59,533 nucleotides of DNA from the NCBI GenBank assembly GCA_965658435.1, contig CBFHSE010000003.1, forward strand, positions 1 through 59,533. Reading direction: 5' to 3'. Source of the stretch: Rickettsiales bacterium (lineage in GTDB: Bacteria > Pseudomonadota > Alphaproteobacteria > Rickettsiales > JABIRX01). The position numbers and the translations under genes were made by a program. Positions within the stretch are counted from its first letter, which is position 1. Every line of letters starts with the position of its first letter. Of this stretch, positions 8,626-16,657 are shown piece by piece. The notes under the pieces are model-generated. The model was given only the letters and a program-made list of their open reading frames with translations, made no database searches and was not told the origin of the DNA.

Positions 8626-10857
8626 TTATTGTAAACCTTTACAACTATCTGCTAATTTTTTACCTCTCCTAAAACTATTAGGACTAAGGCTTCTTCTAGG
8701 AGTTTCATTTTGACTATCTTTCCTCATAGGGCTAAGGCTTCTTGCACGTTTTTCACTACCTTCTTCTTTTATTGTATCTAGAAACGATTTAATTTCTGAG
8801 GGTCTTACTTCGGCTTGTTGTTGTTTGGGTGTTGCTCTGTCTGCTCTGTCTGCTCCTTCTGCTATGAGAGTTGCTTCGTCTTCTCTGTCTTGTTGTTCAC
8901 CGGGTGTTGCTCTGTTTGCTCCGGCTGCTCCTTCTGCTATGAGAGTTACTCCGTCTTGTTGTTCTTCGGCTTGTTGTTGTTTGGGTGTTGCTCTGTTTGC
9001 TCCGGCTGCTCCTTCTGCTATGAGAGTTGCTTCGTCTTGTTGTTCACCGGGTGTTGCTCTGTTTGCTTCGGCTGCTCCGGCTGCTTCGGCTGCTATGAAA
9101 GTTGCTTCGTCTTGTTGTTCACCGAGTGTTGCTCCGGCTGCTCCTTCTGCTATGAGAGTTACTCCGTCTTGTTGTTCTTCGGCTTGTTGTTGTTCGGGTG
9201 TTGCTCTGTTTGCTCCGGCTGCTCCTTCTGCTATGAGAGTTACTCCGTCTTGTTGTTCTTCGGCTTGTTGTTGTTTGGGTGTTGCTCTGTCTGCTCTGTC
9301 TGCTCCTTCTGCTATGAGAGTTGCTTCGTCTTCTCTGTCTTGTTGTTCACCGAGTGTTGCTCTGTTTGCTCCGGCTGCTCCTTCTGCTATGAGAGTTACT
9401 CCGGCTGCTCCGGCTTCTGTTCTATTTATCAATGGAGTTGGAGGTGCCATAGGTATTACCGAAATATTAAGGGTTGGATGCGGGTGTGACATTGCTGAAA
9501 TTTCTTTCTTGATCTCTATTATTTTTTTTACTATATTTTTAGTTTGCTCAGAAACAGGTTGTCTTAAAATTTCGTGTTTGACATCATTAAATTCTGGATG
9601 TTCAGACATTATAATTCCATCTATATAATGTAATACTTCTTTGTGGTGTATTGGTCCTGTGTCTAATATATTTCTGCTTGACTCAATAAGTTGTGTGAAA
9701 ATATTACTATGATTATTGTTTCCTAATTTTTTTATTTCTTCACTTAATCTATTATTTATCAATGTTTCTGCATATTTATCTAATGCATCATAAAATTCAT
9801 TTTCTTTTTCTTGAGTTGAATCTAAAGCAAGCTCAGGGAAATGACGGAGCTTAAGTAGAATTTCTTGATTATCCCTTAAAATAGCAGTTTGTTTAATTTG
9901 TTGTAGTTGATATAGAGAATGTGGAATTTGCGCTCCTAATAACATCTTCATAGCTTCAAAATTTTTACATTTTATTGCTGTATTCATTAAATCGACTGTA
10001 TCTTCTTGTCTAAAATTTTGTGTTTTTTGCAAAGTTTCTAAATATAAAGCTAGTAATATAGAATTATTGCTCTCTATTGCTCCTTTTATATCATCAATTC
10101 TAATATTTACTCTTTCGTGAAATATTTTTGCTAATAATGGATTTTCTTTTACTTCAAAAAAAATTTTTGTAATAAAGTTTCTAATTTGAGGATCCTCTAA
10201 ATCTTTATCTGTATATTGATTAAGGATTTCTCGTAACAATTCTTCTTGTTCGTTTATTGCTGCATTTTTTATTAATGATTTGCTAAAGTCTTTTAATCTT
10301 AGAAGTATAGTTCTTATTAAGCCAATATCTTTTCCCTTTGCAGCTTTAGTTAATAATTGTAATATTAATTTCTTATCTAATGACATAACATGGCCTACAA
10401 ATAGATCTTTATCATATAAATCATCCATTTTAGTATCATCCTTGTTAAGAAAGTTGATAATATCATTTCTTGAAATATCTTTTGGAGTACCATGCCTTAA
10501 ATAATTGTTTATCCTAGATAGATTAAGTGAATGCCATGGCACCCCGCCAAGCCCTGATCTTATAGTTGATTCATTTATAACAACTCCAGCTCTATCAGTT
10601 CCAGCTCTATCAGTATTTTGAGTGTTACGGGCTAAATGATTATCTGTTTTATTTCGTTGCAAAAAGAAGTTAGTATTTTCTACTTGAATATCAGTAATTT
10701 GAAGTTTTGTTGTTCTCCTCGGTCCAAAAGTTGGTGAATTATCTTGTTTGGTAATATTTTGTTTGTCATAACTAGCTATTTTTGAATATATACCTGCATT
10801 TGTGTTAGATTGTGATTCTTGTAATTTTGGTCTTGTTTGTTCTATGTTGTGTGGCAT
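8626..10857 (-). CDS. Acidic tandem-repeat protein with a helical, ANK-like N-terminal region; candidate secreted effector
   Basis: The 743-aa ORF has an RBS-like TAGGTAGGAT before the ATG. The C-terminal third consists of 8 units of TLIAEGAAGANRATP(K/E)QQQAEEQQDGV. No signal peptide or TM segment is evident, and the gene is monocistronic with long AT-rich flanks. Confidence 0.8.
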   Translation of the reverse strand: MPHNIEQTRPKLQESQSNTNAGIYSKIASYDKQNITKQDNSPTFGPRRTTKLQITDIQVENTNFFLQRNKTDNHLARNTQNTDRAGTDRAGVVINESTIRSGLGGVPWHSLNLSRINNYLRHGTPKDISRNDIINFLNKDDTKMDDLYDKDLFVGHVMSLDKKLILQLLTKAAKGKDIGLIRTILLRLKDFSKSLIKNAAINEQEELLREILNQYTDKDLEDPQIRNFITKIFFEVKENPLLAKIFHERVNIRIDDIKGAIESNNSILLALYLETLQKTQNFRQEDTVDLMNTAIKCKNFEAMKMLLGAQIPHSLYQLQQIKQTAILRDNQEILLKLRHFPELALDSTQEKENEFYDALDKYAETLINNRLSEEIKKLGNNNHSNIFTQLIESSRNILDTGPIHHKEVLHYIDGIIMSEHPEFNDVKHEILRQPVSEQTKNIVKKIIEIKKEISAMSHPHPTLNISVIPMAPPTPLINRTEAGAAGVTLIAEGAAGANRATLGEQQDREDEATLIAEGADRADRATPKQQQAEEQQDGVTLIAEGAAGANRATPEQQQAEEQQDGVTLIAEGAAGATLGEQQDEATFIAAEAAGAAEANRATPGEQQDEATLIAEGAAGANRATPKQQQAEEQQDGVTLIAEGAAGANRATPGEQQDREDEATLIAEGADRADRATPKQQQAEVRPSEIKSFLDTIKEEGSEKRARSLSPMRKDSQNETPRRSLSPNSFRRGKKLADSCKGLQ
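8811..9420 (-). repeat. Coding tandem repeat array with 57/75/81-bp units
   Basis: The anchor GCTATGA(G/A)AGTT occurs at 8861, 8936, 9017, 9092, 9149, 9230, 9311 and 9386. Block 8811-8953 recurs at 9261-9403 with one mismatch. Confidence 0.9.
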
Positions 10858-10892
10858 ATCCTACCTATATTAAGTTATGAATATACAATATC

Positions 10893-10922
10893 ATAAAATT
10901 ACACTCATAAAAAGAAAAATAT
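10893..10922 (-). repeat. 30-mer leader/promoter-like repeat, copy 1
   Basis: ATAAAATTACACTCATAAAAAGAAAAATAT lies 35 nt upstream (on the - strand) of the ATG of the 743-aa gene. An identical copy sits at 11756-11785. Confidence 0.8.
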
Positions 10923-11755
10923 CTGAAAATATTTGTTTTTTCTATAATAAGTAATATTTTATTATAAATTATATTGTTGAAACTTCTAATATGTAGCTAT
11001 TTATTATGTAGTTGATAAAAAATTTTTTAAATAATGATTTATTTATATATATTATATTTTCCTTATCTAACTTATATATTTGTTTTAAATTACTCTCTTA
11101 AATATTTTTACAGTTTAAATAATTTATTTTCTTAATTTGGTAATATATTTCTATTGAGAGCTAAATTCTTAATTTAGTTCCAAACTTATTTACGTTTTGA
11201 GTAATTATTGATTAATAAATTTTTTAAATATCAGATTTATTACATATAAAATGAGTATTTCTGCTAAATTTACGTAATAAATATTTTTTATAGAAAATTT
11301 ATGTTAAGATATCCATGTCTTGAAGGTCTCTTTTCTCTCTTTTTTAAGGATTTTTTTTACATCACTTCTCCAAGTGCATTTATGAATTTTGGTACTGTTT
11401 TATATTAAGTAATATCCGGGCTTTTTGTTCTTGTTTCTATTGCGCTTTTTGGTTTTAAAATTTTTTTCTAGGCTTTTCTTTCCTAGCTCCATTAAAATGT
11501 TGCTTGTGAAGTAATCGGATTATTTTTGAGAATTGTATAGATTGTTATCTATAAGATTGCAATTCATCTTTTGATGGAGGTTTATTAGATTTTTCTTCTT
11601 CTTTATCTCTAAATCTCTTTCTACTTGATTACAAAGGATAAAACCTGTTTTGGGGTAGTGTGTTCTTAGAACCAGTGTAATTTTTGGTATTATTAGATGG
11701 TTCTATTTCTATAGTAATATCATTATTTATAAATTTGAGTTATGTTTAATATATA

Positions 11756-11785
11756 ATAAAATTACACTCATAAAAAGAAAAATAT
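11756..11785 (-). repeat. 30-mer leader/promoter-like repeat, copy 2 (orphan)
   Basis: It is an exact copy of 10893-10922, and no intact ORF follows it on the - strand. Confidence 0.8.
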
Positions 11786-11938
11786 TAATAAATATTTCTA
11801 GTTAACTAATATGTTTCTTAGTTTTAATTTAAAAATATATTTAAATTATTTGTTACTAGGGATTTCTGCCTTGATCTTCTTTTTCTTTTAGCATATCTAA
11901 TTTTAATTCCAATTTAGAGTATGTTTAAAACCTGATTG

Positions 11939-12333
11939 TTATATAGATAAAGATGTATCATTTTTTAGATTACTCGGACAAAATTTACTTTTCCATTTTT
12001 GATATTCTATGTGTGTTTTGCTCTTTTTATTATGAGAGAGTGATGTATTACAATTTATAGTAGGTGGTGGTTGTTCTGGATTGCTAGTTTTGTTTAAACC
12101 AACCCTATTAGATCTAACATACATTGAGTATACTGCTGCTCTACTCCTTGCCTCAGCTAATTTTTTTGGCCCTAGTGGAGGGACAAAAATTTTATCAAGT
12201 TTTTCTTGTGAAAAATTACCAACTCTTCTATGCTTGCAGCATTATCATTTAATAAAAGAGTTGGTTTATTTGCTCTATTTGATTCTTCTAAATCTTTTCT
12301 AGTTAATGGAGTACTTGCTGCTTCTTTTCTCAT
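11939..12333 (-). pseudogene. Frameshifted small gene headed by the same ATG-proximal leader as the 743-aa gene
   Basis: ATG at 12333 opens a 53-codon frame that ends at a TAG. A second frame is open from 12241 to 11939 and overlaps it. The leader CATATCCTTACCTATATTTAGTTATGA (12331-12357) matches 10855-10880. Confidence 0.3.
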
Positions 12334-12391
12334 ATCCTTACCTATATTTAGTTATGAGGATAATAATCACAAAAAAAAGATGATGTAAAAT

Positions 12392-12922
12392 TTATTTTGT
12401 TTTTTGCATAAATAAAGTTAGCTCAGCAATAGTTAGCCCGAATTTTTTTAAATATGATCTGTTAATTACAACTCCGTCATTTAGTTGCCACATCCAATCG
12501 TCAAATTTAATACGAAACACTCTGCCATCAATTGTTAGATCCATCTGATATTTCCAGCTTGCGGCATTTCCTGCCACTTTTCCTGTTGCTTTATTAATAA
12601 TATCTATTGCTTCTCCTTGGTAGTTATTATTTTCTAATTTAGTTATTTTCCATATTCTTTGTTCTTTTTTGCCATCATAATAGCTAAAATCTTCGGTTAA
12701 AGTTCCTATATTACCTTCCCAAGTTCCTACCATTTTAACATCAAATTTTTTGACAATATTACCCCGCCAATCCTGAATAATTCCCCAACCATTAATTTTT
12801 CCATTAAAAAATTCTTCTAATTTTAATTGAGGTGTATGGTTTTTATATTGAGATATATTCATATTGTTACAGCTTAAAAGGATAAATAATAGATTAATTA
12901 AAATTAAATATTTAAATTTCAT
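12392..12922 (-). CDS. DUF3833-family lipocalin-like lipoprotein
   Basis: A signal peptide with an LLSC lipobox is present. LEEFFNGKINGWGIIQDWRGNIVKKF and DDWMWQLNDGVVINRS match my recollection of DUF3833 conserved blocks. The start overlaps the upstream gene by 11 nt. Confidence 0.7.
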   Translation of the reverse strand: MKFKYLILINLLFILLSCNNMNISQYKNHTPQLKLEEFFNGKINGWGIIQDWRGNIVKKFDVKMVGTWEGNIGTLTEDFSYYDGKKEQRIWKITKLENNNYQGEAIDIINKATGKVAGNAASWKYQMDLTIDGRVFRIKFDDWMWQLNDGVVINRSYLKKFGLTIAELTLFMQKTK

Positions 12923-14156
12923 ATTGTTTTTTTTGCAAAATTAATTTTGTTAAAATAATAATGGCGGATATTTTTATAAAGCAAGGTAATAATGCATAAT
13001 AAAAATTCAATATTTTGCCAGTAGATAATAAACCTGACTTATAACCTGATTTTTCTAAAATAGGTAAAATTATTGCAGCTGAAATTCCTAAAGCTAATTT
13101 ACTGATTAAAGTTAATAATGAAAAATTAATAGCTGTATTTTCAGAGTTCTTTTTAAGTAAATCTGATAAAATCGCTGGTGGTAATATTAAATCCGCTGCA
13201 AATGCTAAGCCAGAAAAAATGCAAATAATTGCAAATTCCAGAATTTGCTTTTCTTCTAAAAAATAAGCGAAAATAAATGATAAAACAGCTAAAATCATTG
13301 CTGCTAACCAAGTTTTATATTTACCTTTTTTTGCTGCTAATTTATGCCATAGGGGCATTGCTAATATCGCGGCAATAAAATATAAGCTAAGAAATAAGCC
13401 AGAGTAATTCTCGGCATTTAATTTGTCTCTTACAAAAAACATGAATAAAATTGCTGGTATAACTGAGGCAGTTATGCTTATTAGAAATATTATGAAAAAT
13501 GATTTATGTTTTTTTAAATTTCTAAAAAATATTTTAAATTTAGCTTTTTTATTATTTTGATATTTTGTTGCTGATAATTTGTAAAAAAATAAAGAGCTAG
13601 TTAAAATAGCCAATAAGATAAAAATTATGCTATAGATTTGCATTGCAAATTTTATTTCATATTTAATCGCTAAAATAGTAGGGGTTATTGCAGCCAGTAA
13701 AAGCCCTATTAATGACATTATTTCTCTTGCTGCTGTTATTATGGTTTTTTCTTTTTTTATATTACTAAAATAGCTTCCAAGAGATTGAAAATTTATGGTA
13801 ACTATACTGTAACTTGTGGTGGTTAAAAGCAGAGATAAAAAGAACCATAATTTTATATAATTATTATTAGGAACAAATATTGAGGCAAAGCTTATGGTAA
13901 AAATAATAAAGCTAAAAAATATGGTTTTTTTATAATTGTTCCAATATTTATCGCTTATATGACCAATTATGGGGTCTTGGAAAGCATCAATAACTCTGAT
14001 AATTAACAGAGAAATACCAATAAAATTTAAAGAGAGATTATATTGAGTAGCGTAAAAATCAGGTGCAAAAATATAAAGAGGTAAATTTGCAAATGCCAAG
14101 GGTGTTGCTAAAATGCTATAGAAAAATAAGGAACTTTTAGAGATGTTTTTATTCAT
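12912..14156 (-). CDS. MFS-type transporter
   Basis: 414 aa with about 12 hydrophobic segments. It overlaps the upstream gene by 8 nt. Confidence 0.75.
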   Translation of the reverse strand: MNKNISKSSLFFYSILATPLAFANLPLYIFAPDFYATQYNLSLNFIGISLLIIRVIDAFQDPIIGHISDKYWNNYKKTIFFSFIIFTISFASIFVPNNNYIKLWFFLSLLLTTTSYSIVTINFQSLGSYFSNIKKEKTIITAAREIMSLIGLLLAAITPTILAIKYEIKFAMQIYSIIFILLAILTSSLFFYKLSATKYQNNKKAKFKIFFRNLKKHKSFFIIFLISITASVIPAILFMFFVRDKLNAENYSGLFLSLYFIAAILAMPLWHKLAAKKGKYKTWLAAMILAVLSFIFAYFLEEKQILEFAIICIFSGLAFAADLILPPAILSDLLKKNSENTAINFSLLTLISKLALGISAAIILPILEKSGYKSGLLSTGKILNFYYALLPCFIKISAIIILTKLILQKKQYEI

Positions 14157-14664
14157 TTATCTTTAGTAAATCTTTTCTTATATTTGGTTCAATTGTATTT
14201 TCTCCAAGCCAAATATTAAAAAAATATTTGCTAAATTCAGGGTCGTTTATTTCTCCTAATTTAATTTTAGAATTGTAAAATATTGTTTTGTCTTTTGATT
14301 TTACCCCAATTAATATTTGGTTTTTCTTTATATCAGGAATAATTTTTGCTAATTTATTCTGCCATGAATTTATTTTTTGTTGATTTGTAAAATTTTGTCT
14401 TATTATTAATTTAATCGAGCTTTCTATTATTTTTTCTTTGTTAATATCTTTGTTATATTTTAATTTAAGAGCCATTTCATTTTCATTATATTTGTTATTA
14501 AAAAGATAGATATCATAGATTTTCCACATGAGAAATTTAAATTCTGATTGTGAAGAAAATTGAAAATCAGGGTGGTTTTTTTTTGCTAATAGAGGAAGAT
14601 TTTCATTAGCATTTAGGGATAAAGAAAAAAATATAAAAACGCTGCTTAAAAATTTCTTAAGCAT
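14149..14664 (-). CDS. Chalcone-isomerase-like family protein, secreted
   Basis: It has an N-terminal signal peptide. Size and the FKFLMWKIYDIYLF block resemble the chalcone-isomerase-like proteins usually found in this gene cluster. The assignment rests on memory of the family. Confidence 0.55.
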   Translation of the reverse strand: MLKKFLSSVFIFFSLSLNANENLPLLAKKNHPDFQFSSQSEFKFLMWKIYDIYLFNNKYNENEMALKLKYNKDINKEKIIESSIKLIIRQNFTNQQKINSWQNKLAKIIPDIKKNQILIGVKSKDKTIFYNSKIKLGEINDPEFSKYFFNIWLGENTIEPNIRKDLLKINE

Positions 14665-15817
14665 GATTTAATTCAATTTGCATGACATTTATTCTTTGTG
14701 ATTCAAAACCTGCTATGCAGCTTGCAAGATATAATTCCCATAATTTAATAAAAGAATTATCAAAACCTAATTTTTTAATTTCAGCTTGTTTGTTTTGAAA
14801 GTTAATTAGCCACTCTCTAAGAGTTTTGGCATAATCTTGTCCGAAATAATAAGGTGTTTTACATTCTAAGCCTGATTTTTTAGCTGCTTGCGTGAAAAGA
14901 TTTTCAGTGGGTAACATGCCGCCAGGAAAAATAAAGCTACGAATTAAATCTCCTGATTTATTGTATTTTTTGAAATATTTTTCATCTATTGTAATGGTTT
15001 GTATAATTGCTTTTCCTGATTGATTGAGCAGTTCTTTTATTTTAGAGAAATAGGTTTGCCAATATTTTTTGCCAACAGCTTCAAACATTTCAATAGAAAT
15101 TATATAATCATATTTGCTTTTTTGAATGCGATAATCTTCAAGGCTAATTTCTGCTTTATTATTTAAGCGAGATTTAGCAAATTTATGTTGTTCTTCAGAA
15201 AGTGTTATAGCCTTTATATCATAAGAACCTGTATTAAGAGCCGCTTCTGCAAAGCCTCCCCAGCCACATCCTATCTCAAGGATTCTACCTGATTTTTTTG
15301 GTAATTTAGCTAAAATATTTTGATATTTATTTTTTTGAGCTAATTCAAGTGAGTCATTGCTATTTTTATAGATGGCTGCAGAGTATGTTAAAGATTTATC
15401 AAGCCATAATTTGTAAAAATTATTACCTAAATCATAATGAGCTAAAATATTTTTTTTGCTTCCTTTAAGGCTGTTTAATTTTAATAAATATTTAAGGCGA
15501 TTAGCAAGGCTTTGAAATTTGCTGCCAAAAATATATTTATTGAGAATTTCTTCATTTTTTAAACATAAATTTAATAATGATGTTAAATCTTCGGTTTCAA
15601 TTGATCCATCTTGGTATATTTCTGCAAAACCAACATCTCCTTTATAAATGAGTTTTTTGATTGCTTGCCAGTTATTTAATTTAAATTTAATGGGCTCTTT
15701 ATTTTTGGAGTTGCCAAAAATATAGCTTTTTCCTTCAGGGCTTATGAAATTAAGAGAGCCATTTTCTATTTTTTCTAATGATTTAAAAAATGAATTAGAA
15801 ATTCTGTTTTGTAGCAT
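14657..15817 (-). CDS. cfa: Cyclopropane-fatty-acyl-phospholipid synthase family SAM methyltransferase
   Basis: Carries the SAM motif ILEIGCGWGGFA and CMAS-like blocks (YDIISIEMFEAVG, LREWLINF). Length is 386 aa. Confidence 0.88.
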   Translation of the reverse strand: MLQNRISNSFFKSLEKIENGSLNFISPEGKSYIFGNSKNKEPIKFKLNNWQAIKKLIYKGDVGFAEIYQDGSIETEDLTSLLNLCLKNEEILNKYIFGSKFQSLANRLKYLLKLNSLKGSKKNILAHYDLGNNFYKLWLDKSLTYSAAIYKNSNDSLELAQKNKYQNILAKLPKKSGRILEIGCGWGGFAEAALNTGSYDIKAITLSEEQHKFAKSRLNNKAEISLEDYRIQKSKYDYIISIEMFEAVGKKYWQTYFSKIKELLNQSGKAIIQTITIDEKYFKKYNKSGDLIRSFIFPGGMLPTENLFTQAAKKSGLECKTPYYFGQDYAKTLREWLINFQNKQAEIKKLGFDNSFIKLWELYLASCIAGFESQRINVMQIELNHA

Positions 15818-15874
15818 GATATTCCCTTAAATTTTAGTTATTATCTATAGTTGAATTTTAATTAAAAGTAATTT

Positions 15875-16657
15875 TTAATTCTTGCTGAATCTTTTTTTTA
15901 GTTGCTTCGGTTTTTTGTGATATTTTACGGATTTACTAACTAATTTAAGAGCTTGAAAATGGATCATAAAGACGGTTTTTATATTAATTAGGGGGTGTTT
16001 TAAAAATAAAATAAGTAGGTTTTTATTATTAAAATCTATTAACCTACCTTTTAATGAGGTGATTAGTAATTTTTCATTTTTGGAGTTATAATAATCTATT
16101 TCTATATTTAAGATGTTTTTTACATTATTAAAATTAAAGCGAAATTTATAATATCCCTCTCTTTTAAAAAAAGGCGAAACATGAAATAATTTTTTTGTTT
16201 CTAAGCATTTATTTATCGTTATTTCTGATTTGTCTGAATTGTAGCTTAGATATGAATGGGTTTCGCCAAATGTGTTGTTCACTTCTGAAATTACTGCTCT
16301 TAAATTATGATTATTATCAAGACATAACCAAAAACTTACCGGGTTAAATACATAGCCAAAAATTCTTGGCATAGTAATTAATGTGATGTTTTGGCATATA
16401 TTTTCAAGTTGATTTTCTTTTAAAATATCCTGATGCCATTTACTGCAATCATTGTTTTTTCGGTCACCATGATCCTTGTCGTAAAAGCTAAATAATGCGA
16501 ATTTATTGCGAGAAAAAATTAAATTATTTGCTAAATTTTTTATTTCTTTTAGAGATAGGGCTAAATAGTAAATTGAATAGTTAAATTTATTTATTTTAGG
16601 ACTCAATCTTTTATGAAAGATTTTTCCTATTAATAATTTATGTGTTTTAGGCTGCAT
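15875..16657 (-). CDS. DUF1365 family protein
   Basis: GKIFHKRLSPKINKFNYSIYY at the N-terminus is typical of DUF1365. Start chosen at the internal Met (MQPKTHK), which gives an 11-nt overlap with the upstream gene; the listed ORF starts at 16708. Confidence 0.72.
   Translation of the reverse strand: MQPKTHKLLIGKIFHKRLSPKINKFNYSIYYLALSLKEIKNLANNLIFSRNKFALFSFYDKDHGDRKNNDCSKWHQDILKENQLENICQNITLITMPRIFGYVFNPVSFWLCLDNNHNLRAVISEVNNTFGETHSYLSYNSDKSEITINKCLETKKLFHVSPFFKREGYYKFRFNFNNVKNILNIEIDYYNSKNEKLLITSLKGRLIDFNNKNLLILFLKHPLINIKTVFMIHFQALKLVSKSVKYHKKPKQLKKRFSKN

Noticed and set aside
8815-9628. Two long + strand ORFs (224 and 267 aa) with extremely Cys/Ser/Ala-rich translations
   Set aside because: They lie antisense to the tandem-repeat array of the 743-aa gene. 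The repeat unit simply lacks stop codons in those frames, the composition is not protein-like, and there is no RBS.
12081-12302. 73-aa + strand ORF in the graveyard region
   Set aside because: It is antisense to the frameshifted leader-bearing remnant and has no RBS or family signal.
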